Program-made: the position numbers and the translations under genes
The notes under the pieces: generated by a model
Databases searched by the model: none
What the model saw: only the letters and a program-made list of their open reading frames with translations
What the model was told of the DNA's origin: nothing
Sequence record: OR413575.1
Reading direction: 5' to 3' (one strand)
DNA: 64,000 nt
Part shown: one piece after another, positions 8,933 to 17,728 of the stretch
Position numbering within the stretch: position 1 is the first letter of the stretch
Layout of the letters: each line of letters starts with the position of its first letter

Positions 8933-10204
8933 ATGGCTAATCAATCCGCATATCAAGCAGCAGTCCACGCAGGTTACAAAGGTACCTACGAAGAGTGGGA
9001 AGCTGAGTTAAGTAAAGGTTATACCTTGAACCAAGTATTAGAACGTGAGTTACAACTGGGTAAACTTACAATGAAACGAGAGTACATGTTCCCGCCTAAA
9101 GAACTGACTGACGCTTTATCAAAGGGCGATGTACGTGGTGTTAGCATTCGTAACACACCAGTACGTATTCGTGGTGAGCAGTTAGGTCCGTCACAAATCA
9201 ATAACACTAAGCATTATCTGCCAGCTAGTGAGATGAAGCCGGAAGATTTGTGGGCTGTTCTTGAACGCCCAGGTGAACCAAATGCTAACGGCGTTGTTTA
9301 CCCTACCGTAGTAATGAATAAAGCCCTCAAGGATTTTGTTGAAAAGAATCCTGATATGGTAAATGGAAAAAGCGTTATCTTAGATAATGCTAAATTACAA
9401 TTACGCGGGACTAATCCTGATTTCGATTATGATGAACTGTTCAAAATCACGAAGTCCGAAACGCAAGTTCGTGGAATGAATATGGATTTTGAGCCGTTAG
9501 ATTATTTACCTCGGGTTGATATCAAAACCCCGATGCCTGAATTAGATCTCACTTTGTTATACCAACGCGCTAGACATATCTTCGAAACAATACCGTACCA
9601 ACCAACGGCGTTTATGCACTGCCTCAAAGCGCGGCGTCAAATCATCAAGCCGGGTTATACATATCGTGCAGTTGGTATTGAGCCGTATTGGGATGAGGAT
9701 TCTCGTTCTTATAAGTTAGCGACTAAGTTCGAGAAATGTATTCGTAAACCCGAACGTCCTACTGATCGTGGCGATGACTACAACTGGGATCTCTATGCGT
9801 ATAACAGCCATGCGTACAATCACGCAGTCATGGCTTCGTTATATAACGCTCTGGAGTTAACGCGTCATGCGTTATATAATCGTTCTGTCGCCGCCAGTAA
9901 GTTTATTATCGATGCGTTTGCCGATAATAACAAGACTGTTCAGCGTCCATACTTTACATCTGTCGATAACGATTCTCACTCGATAGTTGTAAAGGACTGG
10001 TTTAGAATGATGGATGATTTGTATCCGGAATTATATAGCCAGAGAATTAAATACCCAGTACCCAAAGATATTGTTGAGTCAATAGACACCAACGACTATC
10101 GTGCTGATTCTAAATTAGCCGAAGTATTTGGCGCAACCAAGAAAGTGCCTACTTACATATTCCACCCATTGTTCGGGAGAACGATAAATACGGAGCTTAA
10201 ATGA
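8933..10204 (+). CDS. hypothetical early protein (423 aa)
   Basis: GAGGA RBS; long ORF downstream of early-promoter motif. Confidence 0.8.
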   Translation: MANQSAYQAAVHAGYKGTYEEWEAELSKGYTLNQVLERELQLGKLTMKREYMFPPKELTDALSKGDVRGVSIRNTPVRIRGEQLGPSQINNTKHYLPASEMKPEDLWAVLERPGEPNANGVVYPTVVMNKALKDFVEKNPDMVNGKSVILDNAKLQLRGTNPDFDYDELFKITKSETQVRGMNMDFEPLDYLPRVDIKTPMPELDLTLLYQRARHIFETIPYQPTAFMHCLKARRQIIKPGYTYRAVGIEPYWDEDSRSYKLATKFEKCIRKPERPTDRGDDYNWDLYAYNSHAYNHAVMASLYNALELTRHALYNRSVAASKFIIDAFADNNKTVQRPYFTSVDNDSHSIVVKDWFRMMDDLYPELYSQRIKYPVPKDIVESIDTNDYRADSKLAEVFGATKKVPTYIFHPLFGRTINTELK

Positions 10205-10536
10205 TACCTTTTAAAAGAGAGCCATTAGAACCCGGCGACTTAGTAATCGTAATACAGGCTAAAGCACCTGAAGTTTATGGGATGGTGTTAAGAGTAACTA
10301 AAACCTATGACAGAGGAGATGGTCACCCTTCTTGTTCAGTTAGACCAGCTAGGGGAGGGAACTTCAACAGTAGAACCCCTAACCCCTTAACTGGGCAACT
10401 CATGCGTATTACAACTGGATCACTCAAGTGTTTCCAAGATCAGCTCATGCGGGTAGACGGTTCAATGGCAGAAGAGAACCCTTACATCGGTACTAACTTC
10501 CACGTCGGATACGATCGTGGCGAACCAACAGCTTAA
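10201..10536 (+). CDS. hypothetical protein, possible KOW/SH3-like fold (111 aa)
   Basis: Overlapping stop/start, GGAG RBS; LEPGDLVIVI...GMVLRV pattern. Confidence 0.65.
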   Translation: MIPFKREPLEPGDLVIVIQAKAPEVYGMVLRVTKTYDRGDGHPSCSVRPARGGNFNSRTPNPLTGQLMRITTGSLKCFQDQLMRVDGSMAEENPYIGTNFHVGYDRGEPTA

Positions 10537-10548
10537 TAGGTGAATTAA

Positions 10549-11013
10549 ATGATTGAGTTATTCTTAAGAGAACGTTTAGACGCAGCACTGGCCGCATTAG
10601 GTCGTGAAATGGAACACGCTGGTATTCCACCTACGCTAGTGCCAGGTGGTCTGATTCATCCTCAGACGTACCGTAGCAACGCGATGGGTATTATCCAGGC
10701 CGTCTTCCAGTTAGTGTTAGTGGAAGGCAATAAAGAAGCTCTGAGCGGCGCTATGCCGGAACTGCAGAACATGACCACATCTTTAGACGTAGAAAAGTTC
10801 GAAGATCTGGATATTCGTTCCGCGATGATTCGTATCCCAGGTTGCTCAGAACCGATGCCGCAACCTATTTGGGTAACACCACTGGGCGGTATCCTTATCG
10901 GATTCCCGCAATGTATGGTTGATGATATCTACGACATGGTAGATCAGTCAGCTAAAGAGCTACAACGTGAAATCATTGCAGCGAATGATAACATCGCACC
11001 GTTACGTCCGTAA
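10549..11013 (+). CDS. hypothetical protein (154 aa)
   Basis: AGGTG RBS; followed by terminator. Confidence 0.75.
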   Translation: MIELFLRERLDAALAALGREMEHAGIPPTLVPGGLIHPQTYRSNAMGIIQAVFQLVLVEGNKEALSGAMPELQNMTTSLDVEKFEDLDIRSAMIRIPGCSEPMPQPIWVTPLGGILIGFPQCMVDDIYDMVDQSAKELQREIIAANDNIAPLRP

Positions 11014-11023
11014 CAGCATAACT

Positions 11024-11054
11024 AGAGAACCCTTCAGGGTTCTCTTTTTTTTTT
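11024..11054 (+). terminator. intrinsic terminator
   Basis: AGAGAACCC-TTCA-GGGTTCTCT plus T10. Confidence 0.85.
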
Positions 11055-11115
11055 GTCTTAAACGTTGGAGTAATGATATCGAATGCATCCTGTGTGAACA
11101 AACAGGAGATTAACA

Positions 11116-11625
11116 ATGTTAGAGTCAATGTTAACTACAGCGGTGGGTGGTGACCCTAATATCCCACCAGAAATCAGACGTATCATGGACTTGGCTGTTG
11201 ATCACAAAATGGGTGATCAATTACAAAAGGCCAAGTCTACTACCAAGTGGTTTAAAGTAAACATGGCAGGTGTGTTCCAGGGTGATAACTACATGATTGG
11301 TTCATGTTGGGGACTACCTTTACAAGAACTATCCCACATGTCTCGCGTAGTGCAACATACAGTACCATCATTAGATAAGTTCAACGAGTTTATAGCAGCG
11401 GGTGTAGAGATCTACATCTACGGTGATTTCAATTCTGGTATGAACGGGTTCAGCGCGTTAAACAGAAACGGTTACAAATCTAATGCCCAGAACAGAGCGT
11501 ACAGCTTCTGGTGGATAATGGAAGCCGTTTACTTTGACCCTACAGAACAAATGTGGATGTATGTAAATACCAACAAAAAACAAGAAGCCATTCCATTCAC
11601 TGATGATATGAAGTTAAGGGGATAA
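11116..11625 (+). CDS. MLESML-family protein (169 aa)
   Basis: AGGAG RBS; N-terminal MLESMLT; paralog of 3091..3591. Confidence 0.8.
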   Translation: MLESMLTTAVGGDPNIPPEIRRIMDLAVDHKMGDQLQKAKSTTKWFKVNMAGVFQGDNYMIGSCWGLPLQELSHMSRVVQHTVPSLDKFNEFIAAGVEIYIYGDFNSGMNGFSALNRNGYKSNAQNRAYSFWWIMEAVYFDPTEQMWMYVNTNKKQEAIPFTDDMKLRG

Positions 11626-11628
11626 GAA

Positions 11629-12288
11629 ATGTTAGAGTCAATGCTCACTTCAGAAAATAAGCGTTCGACTGGCCCAGATCCTGATTTAAAAGTAGTCTCG
11701 TTACTTAAAGCAAGTGTTAACGAACCGGTAGATCTTATTAACCCAGGATATGCCATTCGAACATTAAAGAAACAAACATGGCAGGGTAAGACCTGGTTTG
11801 ATGGCGTGAACGAATCAAACCAACGCCCTTACTTCTCAGACATCCCTAATCTGGATGCCACTAAAAACTGCATGTTAGAGCTTACGTGGATTTATGATAC
11901 ATTTTCAAGGCCAGTTAGATTAATACAGTTCGATTTTACCAACAGTGGTAAAAGCGCATTACTATTTAACCGGTATCAGTTAACGTGTCAGCAACGAAAC
12001 CTGAATAATGTTTACTACACTATCCCTACATTTAGAGAATACGGTATTTATCATACAGCGCTCCAGCAAATCGATGGCGACGTGCATTTGTTTATAGATG
12101 GGAAACCTATCCACGTATTCAAAGGCGCTAATATATTCATGGATGGGTCAAGTTATTTCATCCAGCTAGGGACAGGAGAAGGTATATACGGACTTCTCTA
12201 TAATAACTTGCGTGTTTACCAAGGTATTAAATACCCTCCTGGAGAGGAATTTGAACCTCAGTATGATTTCACTGTGGAGAATTCATAA
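11629..12288 (+). CDS. MLESML-family protein with LamG/ConA-like beta-sandwich (219 aa)
   Basis: HTALQQIDGDVHLFIDGK...IQLG...NNLRVYQGIKY matches the LamG/ConA pattern. Confidence 0.65.
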   Translation: MLESMLTSENKRSTGPDPDLKVVSLLKASVNEPVDLINPGYAIRTLKKQTWQGKTWFDGVNESNQRPYFSDIPNLDATKNCMLELTWIYDTFSRPVRLIQFDFTNSGKSALLFNRYQLTCQQRNLNNVYYTIPTFREYGIYHTALQQIDGDVHLFIDGKPIHVFKGANIFMDGSSYFIQLGTGEGIYGLLYNNLRVYQGIKYPPGEEFEPQYDFTVENS

Positions 12289-13064
12289 TGCTTGAATCGA
12301 TGTTACTCCAAGGACCTCAGAATGATGAGAATCCTTCATTCCCTATACCTCCTATTTCGGAGTTTAAGGCGTATTACGATCATCCCGACGAAGATAAGTT
12401 TGTAGGGTATTATGGTATCTTTGGATATCAGGCAATGACAAGTACTGCGAATCTAATTCAGATGTGCGAGTTAAACGGAATAGCCACTTCCCGTGTAGCA
12501 TTCCCTAACTGGTTCAAGTTCTTCATTGATGGTAAGATCATCTATACAACTCACGTACCAATTGCTTCTGGTATGTCATGGGAAGATCTTAATCAACGTG
12601 GGTTAGTATATGGCGGGAAGATCATACGCTTAGGTGGGAAGAATTATAAAGTTCGTTTGTTCAAAACCTTAGCAGATGATGTTGATTCATTAGTTTTACC
12701 AACTAGTCCTGCCTTGGATAACTATAAACCATTTTACACCGAAGGATCAGAATACAACCGTACTATTCTGAACTGTTGTAAAGATAGCCCTCAACCTGGA
12801 GAGCGTGAACCTGGGAGCCCTGCTTGGGATATTTATACCGGCGGGATGTTAGCAGGCCTCGCCCAAAATAACTTTTCATTGAGTTATGTTTGGATGCAAG
12901 AGGAATTAGTTCATTTCGATGGACGTAAAGGGCGTCTACAACGCCCTTCTCTAAACGTAACTAACAGTATAGCGCACGCATGGTTTAATGATCCTAACCC
13001 TGCTAACCCTGCATTCAAAGCTGGGTCATGTTGGCGACCAGTATTGGAGTTAGTAAATGATTGA
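12288..13064 (+). CDS. MLESML-family jumbo-phage virion paralog (258 aa)
   Basis: WFKFFIDGK, GLVYGG...YKVRL and C-terminal WRPVLELV motifs recalled from phiKZ-like virion paralog families. Confidence 0.65.
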   Translation: MLESMLLQGPQNDENPSFPIPPISEFKAYYDHPDEDKFVGYYGIFGYQAMTSTANLIQMCELNGIATSRVAFPNWFKFFIDGKIIYTTHVPIASGMSWEDLNQRGLVYGGKIIRLGGKNYKVRLFKTLADDVDSLVLPTSPALDNYKPFYTEGSEYNRTILNCCKDSPQPGEREPGSPAWDIYTGGMLAGLAQNNFSLSYVWMQEELVHFDGRKGRLQRPSLNVTNSIAHAWFNDPNPANPAFKAGSCWRPVLELVND

Positions 13065-13704
13065 GACTATGTTAGGTAATGGCGCTCAGGTAGGAGAAGC
13101 GGGGAAGGTTAAGTTATTAGCATTAATGGGATCTGTATGGGGACGTACTGACGTTGCAGGGCAAGGAGCTATACCTAATCCAGATGTACCAATGCGAGAC
13201 TTCGGCGGGATCTATTTCGATGGAGTACTTAATCCCATCACTCCTTGGTTAGATATCCCGACACTTGATCAGGAACAAGATCATACCTTTGAGTTTGTTT
13301 ACTTTCTGGATACATTAAACACGCGGCGTGATATTGGGTATTTTGGACAAGGCTGGCCTGTTTGGTTTTTATCCTGGATTGAAAACGGCGGAATGACAGG
13401 TAATATCCCTGGATACGGATTCCCCTATCTAGCCCTTCCCCAGTGGAAGACTGGACTACACCAGATGACCATGATGATCAAAGACAATGTCTGTCATATT
13501 GGATTAGATGGCCACTGGTTAGCTAAATATCCTGATATGCGTATCTTCTTTAAAGGTGTCAACCGAGTGCAAGTCGGTAAGTCTAGCGGTAACTACGGAT
13601 GCTTTATTAAGTATCTACGTACTTACCAAGGTGCGAAGTACGATCCCAATAAAGATTACCCTGGCGACATTATGTATTCGTTAGATAACTCGGTAATAGA
13701 CTGA
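13057..13704 (+). CDS. MIETML (MLESML-family) protein with LamG/ConA-like domain (215 aa)
   Basis: HQMTMMIKDNVCHIGLDG...VQVG...YLRTYQGAKY; paralogous to 11629 ORF. Confidence 0.65.
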   Translation: MIETMLGNGAQVGEAGKVKLLALMGSVWGRTDVAGQGAIPNPDVPMRDFGGIYFDGVLNPITPWLDIPTLDQEQDHTFEFVYFLDTLNTRRDIGYFGQGWPVWFLSWIENGGMTGNIPGYGFPYLALPQWKTGLHQMTMMIKDNVCHIGLDGHWLAKYPDMRIFFKGVNRVQVGKSSGNYGCFIKYLRTYQGAKYDPNKDYPGDIMYSLDNSVID

Positions 13705-13744
13705 CAGCACAGAAGGTACCCCGAAGGGTACCTTCTTTTTTTTT
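13704..13744. terminator. bidirectional terminator, repeat of 3591..3628
   Basis: Identical 38 bp; T-run on plus side. Confidence 0.85.
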
Positions 13745-13745
13745 G

Positions 13746-14027
13746 TCACTGAATGGATATTAACTTAACGACTGTCTCTTCACGAGGGTCAACAACCAGT
13801 TGCGTTAAGATGAGGTCAATTGCTTGACACTCACGTTTATCCCAAGTACCGATCTTCACTACGATATCAGTGAACTCAGTCACGATACGTAGCTCTCCGT
13901 CATTAATAGAATGACCACGCAAATCCCTTGCACGGAACGCATGATGATACCCTAACCCTAAGTTGCTATAGATGTTGATAACATCTGAACCTGGGTTAGT
14001 GATACGAGTATTTTGAATCTCAACCAT
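13746..14027 (-). CDS. hypothetical protein (93 aa)
   Basis: AAGGAG RBS precedes ATG at 14027 (ORF-track start 14060 overlaps the polymerase). Confidence 0.7.
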   Translation of the reverse strand: MVEIQNTRITNPGSDVINIYSNLGLGYHHAFRARDLRGHSINDGELRIVTEFTDIVVKIGTWDKRECQAIDLILTQLVVDPREETVVKLISIQ

Positions 14028-14037
14028 TAGTTGCTCC

Positions 14038-15858
14038 TTAAGCAGCTTCTTTGAATTCACGCAGACGACGATCCATCTTAGTCATCCATTCTACAGGACG
14101 TGGCATGTTACAGATTGTTGTACCGATATCGATAGCGTTCACACGCCCGCTCGATATATTCAAACCAGCACGACGCTGTTGTTCGAAGTCGATACCAACC
14201 ATTGAACACATAACACGGTAGATCGTATCACGCGCAATGTTCATCCACACACCTGTTGATGGGTAAGAAGACTTAACGTCGATATCCAGAACGAGCTTAA
14301 CAATCTTAGTGAATACACCACCAGACTCTGTAAGTATCTTACGACCCATTTCATGGTGAATAAGATGAGCACTCAGAGTACAAATCCAACCTTCCAGAGT
14401 AACGGAGTGTTTATCCATCTCCGATTCCATGATGTCAGATACACCAGACAAGATGTAACCTTCTTCCAATAAGAAGAAGTACAAGTCATCACCGAGCTTA
14501 CGACCCTGACTACCGTATGATTGTAGTTCTGAGAACTGACATTGGTTAGGGAATACGAAGCAAAGGTCAAGACATTTCTCATCCAAGTATTGAGCACCGA
14601 TGTTATCCCATTGGTTATAGATGCAATAGAAGATCTTGTGGTTCTTCTGCATATCTACGTGCCAGTCTGGACCAGTAGCCCGTGTCAAGTTATCGCCTTT
14701 TAACTTACCATGTCCCATTTCTTTTTCAAGGATAGAACCTAAACCGTAAGATGGCTCTTTAGACAAGTGGCGACGTACGAAACGACGAACTGACATTTGG
14801 TCAGCCCAGAAGAAGGAAGACGGAGCTGTAACAGCGTGCCAACGATCCCATGGATCTTTAGATTCTGCTTTACCGTTAGCATCTTCAATCTTAGCCGCAC
14901 CTTCACGGAAATTAAAGTACTTAAGATCATCAGGGATATCTGGGTCGCAGAATACATCCTTAGGGTCAATACCTTCTTTCTCAAGAGCACGGACCATGTG
15001 CCCCAAGTCAAATGGTAAGTTCCAGATGGACAGAATATCTGGCTTCCATGCGTGTACACGTTTAAAGGTTTCAATAACAGCTGCCCCCGGAGTATCTACT
15101 AAGATAACTTCCAAATCTAGCTGCACATCCAGATAAGTTAAAGGATAGTTACCTTTGAACTCTTCCAGCCACATTTCAAACGTATAGGTATCTTCCTTAA
15201 GACCGCGTTCTTTCATCTTCTTAGTCCAGAACGGCTTAACTTTGTGTTCCCAGACTAATGGAGTGATTTCAGTTGCATGAGCTGCTCGAATCTTACCGAT
15301 CGGGTCTTGCATAGTACCAACATAATCCGTAGTGACCGCCTGAAAGATTTTATCCTTCATGGATACAGAGATCATGTTGATATCACGACCACGACCAATC
15401 ATGTTGGTTTCGATATCGAGGTGACAGGTTGTGTTATAAGACACAAGGTCAGGGTGTTTGGTTTTATATTGATGCTTTAACAGTACCTGAGGAGAAATAT
15501 CTGTACCCGCAATATAAGGACTACGGTTAATAAGTTTCATCCCGCCTGACGTACCCATCTTCAATGCTTTAGCTGCTGCTAGTTTCAACATACGTTGGTT
15601 AGAATGATATTCACGGCACCAATCTTTCTCAACCCACGTACGTTTCTGTTTAAACTTACGATAAGAATCTTTTACAACGTAAAAAGGTTTCTGATAGTTA
15701 CGAATAATACGAATGTTTGGTTCTTGCGTATTATCATCGTAATGAATTTGTTCTTTGATGATCACCGCATCATCGGTGTCATTAGCACTACTAACTACGT
15801 AAGAACTGTGCTTGAATTCGTACCCAATAATTTTTCTAGACACGGTGAACTCCGTCAA
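14038..15858 (-). CDS. family B DNA polymerase, exonuclease-containing subunit of a split enzyme (phiKZ gp82-like)
   Basis: ExoI HLDIET, ExoII WNLPFD, ExoIII YNQWD, Pol motif A DIDVKSSYPS; motifs B and C absent. Confidence 0.85.
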   Translation of the reverse strand: MTEFTVSRKIIGYEFKHSSYVVSSANDTDDAVIIKEQIHYDDNTQEPNIRIIRNYQKPFYVVKDSYRKFKQKRTWVEKDWCREYHSNQRMLKLAAAKALKMGTSGGMKLINRSPYIAGTDISPQVLLKHQYKTKHPDLVSYNTTCHLDIETNMIGRGRDINMISVSMKDKIFQAVTTDYVGTMQDPIGKIRAAHATEITPLVWEHKVKPFWTKKMKERGLKEDTYTFEMWLEEFKGNYPLTYLDVQLDLEVILVDTPGAAVIETFKRVHAWKPDILSIWNLPFDLGHMVRALEKEGIDPKDVFCDPDIPDDLKYFNFREGAAKIEDANGKAESKDPWDRWHAVTAPSSFFWADQMSVRRFVRRHLSKEPSYGLGSILEKEMGHGKLKGDNLTRATGPDWHVDMQKNHKIFYCIYNQWDNIGAQYLDEKCLDLCFVFPNQCQFSELQSYGSQGRKLGDDLYFFLLEEGYILSGVSDIMESEMDKHSVTLEGWICTLSAHLIHHEMGRKILTESGGVFTKIVKLVLDIDVKSSYPSTGVWMNIARDTIYRVMCSMVGIDFEQQRRAGLNISSGRVNAIDIGTTICNMPRPVEWMTKMDRRLREFKEAA

Positions 15859-15971
15859 AATCTGAATGTATTAATAATCTTCTCTATACTAAGTATACGG
15901 CACTTCATTTATGACAACACCAATCCGTGTCAATTTTTGTGTAATCAACCCTTAAGGCCTAAGGACTAAAA

Positions 15972-17252
15972 ATGAAACCCCTGATTCTCACCCCAGAAGT
16001 CTCTATGGAAGCATTTAGTTTCCAGGTGAGCAACATCATGCGGATGGAGTTAACGAACGCGATTGCTGAATCTCAGCAAGCTGGTAAGTTGGATACTAAA
16101 CGCCTTAGCGATATTATCCGCAAGCATACCAACCTCTCAGTGCAGATCACACTGAACGCGACTTTGACGCCGAACGCTTTTGTTGTCCCGCCAAAGATCG
16201 ATAAGAACCACGCACTGATGAACCAGTGGCGTCGTATCTTCGCAAGTAACGTCGATGGCGTGTCTGCTATTAACTATTCCAAAGGGGAAACAGTTGGTAG
16301 CGTGAATTTCGAAACTGGTAAAGTGAGCGGTGTGTTCACTAAGATGACTTCTGACATCTATATTACCAAAGGTGCATTCTTCGGTTATAACAAACTGATC
16401 CTGACACCGGCAGAACTCACCGCAATGATCATCCATGAGATCGGCCACGTAATGACCTACTTCGCAACGTTAGGTCAGACCTTCCGCACTGCATTTATCC
16501 TGGACGGATTCGTACGTGCTGCATTAGGCACTCTGGAACCAGAAGTCCGTATCAAGTTGATGAAAGACTTTGAAGAAGGTACCGGCGTTGCATTGAGCGA
16601 TAAGAAAGTAATCGAAGAGACTGAGAACCCAGGTACTATTACTACACTGGTGCTCTCCGACATCGTCGAGTCCAGTCGTTCTCAATATGGCACGACTCTG
16701 TATGACTTACGTAGCTGGGAATCGCTAAGCGACCAGTACGCTGCCCGTATGGGTTGTGCAGGTGATCTGGCAACAGCTATGGATAAGCTGTATCAAATCT
16801 ACGAACCAATGTACTTCCGTAAAACCTTCGCTTACCTGATGGTTGAAATCGGTAAAGTATTGGCTCTGATGATCGCGTTAATGGCATCTGCTGTTACCCT
16901 GAACATCGTAGGGTTCGTTGTTATCTTTATGTTCATGTCAGCCAGTCCTCATGAACGTGAATACGACAACCCGCATGAGCGTCTGGTGAAACTGCGTAAT
17001 GATCTGGTACATCAGCTCAAAGATCCTCAGCTTCCTGCTGAGCGTAGTGAATCCTTGCTGGCGGATATCGAAGCCATCAACCGTACGTTACAACACGTAC
17101 GTGATCGCCATAGCTTCTTCGAGAAGTTCTGGCTGATCATCTCCCCGACTACTCGCCGTCAGGTGAAGATGGGTAAAGAGCTACAAGAGCTCGAATCATT
17201 GGTCAACAACGAACTGTTCGTTGAGGCCGCTAAACTCAAGAAACTCGTTTAA
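15972..17252 (+). CDS. head/ejection protein with zincin HExxH motif and hydrophobic helices (426 aa)
   Basis: IIHEIGHV, ESLSDQYAARMG, hydrophobic VLALMIALMASAVTLNIVGFVVIFMFM; N-terminal VSME|A cleavage-like site. Confidence 0.6.
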   Translation: MKPLILTPEVSMEAFSFQVSNIMRMELTNAIAESQQAGKLDTKRLSDIIRKHTNLSVQITLNATLTPNAFVVPPKIDKNHALMNQWRRIFASNVDGVSAINYSKGETVGSVNFETGKVSGVFTKMTSDIYITKGAFFGYNKLILTPAELTAMIIHEIGHVMTYFATLGQTFRTAFILDGFVRAALGTLEPEVRIKLMKDFEEGTGVALSDKKVIEETENPGTITTLVLSDIVESSRSQYGTTLYDLRSWESLSDQYAARMGCAGDLATAMDKLYQIYEPMYFRKTFAYLMVEIGKVLALMIALMASAVTLNIVGFVVIFMFMSASPHEREYDNPHERLVKLRNDLVHQLKDPQLPAERSESLLADIEAINRTLQHVRDRHSFFEKFWLIISPTTRRQVKMGKELQELESLVNNELFVEAAKLKKLV

Positions 17253-17264
17253 AGGTATAAACCA

Positions 17265-17726
17265 ATGAAACGTTCAGTAGTAGACGATATCGTACAGCCG
17301 TTAACTTCGGCCCTGGGTAACGATAAAACCCGTATCAGCCTTGCACTGGCAGTAGCCATTGCTTATTCGCTCCCGATGCCTGCTCAAAGTGTAGAAGGCG
17401 GGAAAGCAGAACTGTATTACATTCGTCATTGCATGACCAAGGTAAACCGTTTTGTTAGTGACTTCAACGAGCGCTTCCTGGTAGATGTATCCGGTATTGC
17501 AGATGCAGTTAAAACTATCTGGTGCGTACGTTACGACATGTTGTATAGTCGTGATCCGGCTAAACTGATTGCTATTGCTCAGGGAACTTGTCCTATTAAG
17601 GACTACCTGGCAGGTTTCAGCTTCGACGACGTCACGGCTTCTCAGGTCATCTCCGCAGGTATTGCTTCGATCGATCGTATCGAACGTGAACTCTGCGATG
17701 AATCCTCCACTACCTCGGATGTCTAA
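17265..17726 (+). CDS. putative virion protein (153 aa)
   Basis: AAGG RBS; in head-protein operon. Confidence 0.65.
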   Translation: MKRSVVDDIVQPLTSALGNDKTRISLALAVAIAYSLPMPAQSVEGGKAELYYIRHCMTKVNRFVSDFNERFLVDVSGIADAVKTIWCVRYDMLYSRDPAKLIAIAQGTCPIKDYLAGFSFDDVTASQVISAGIASIDRIERELCDESSTTSDV

Positions 17727-17728
17727 CT

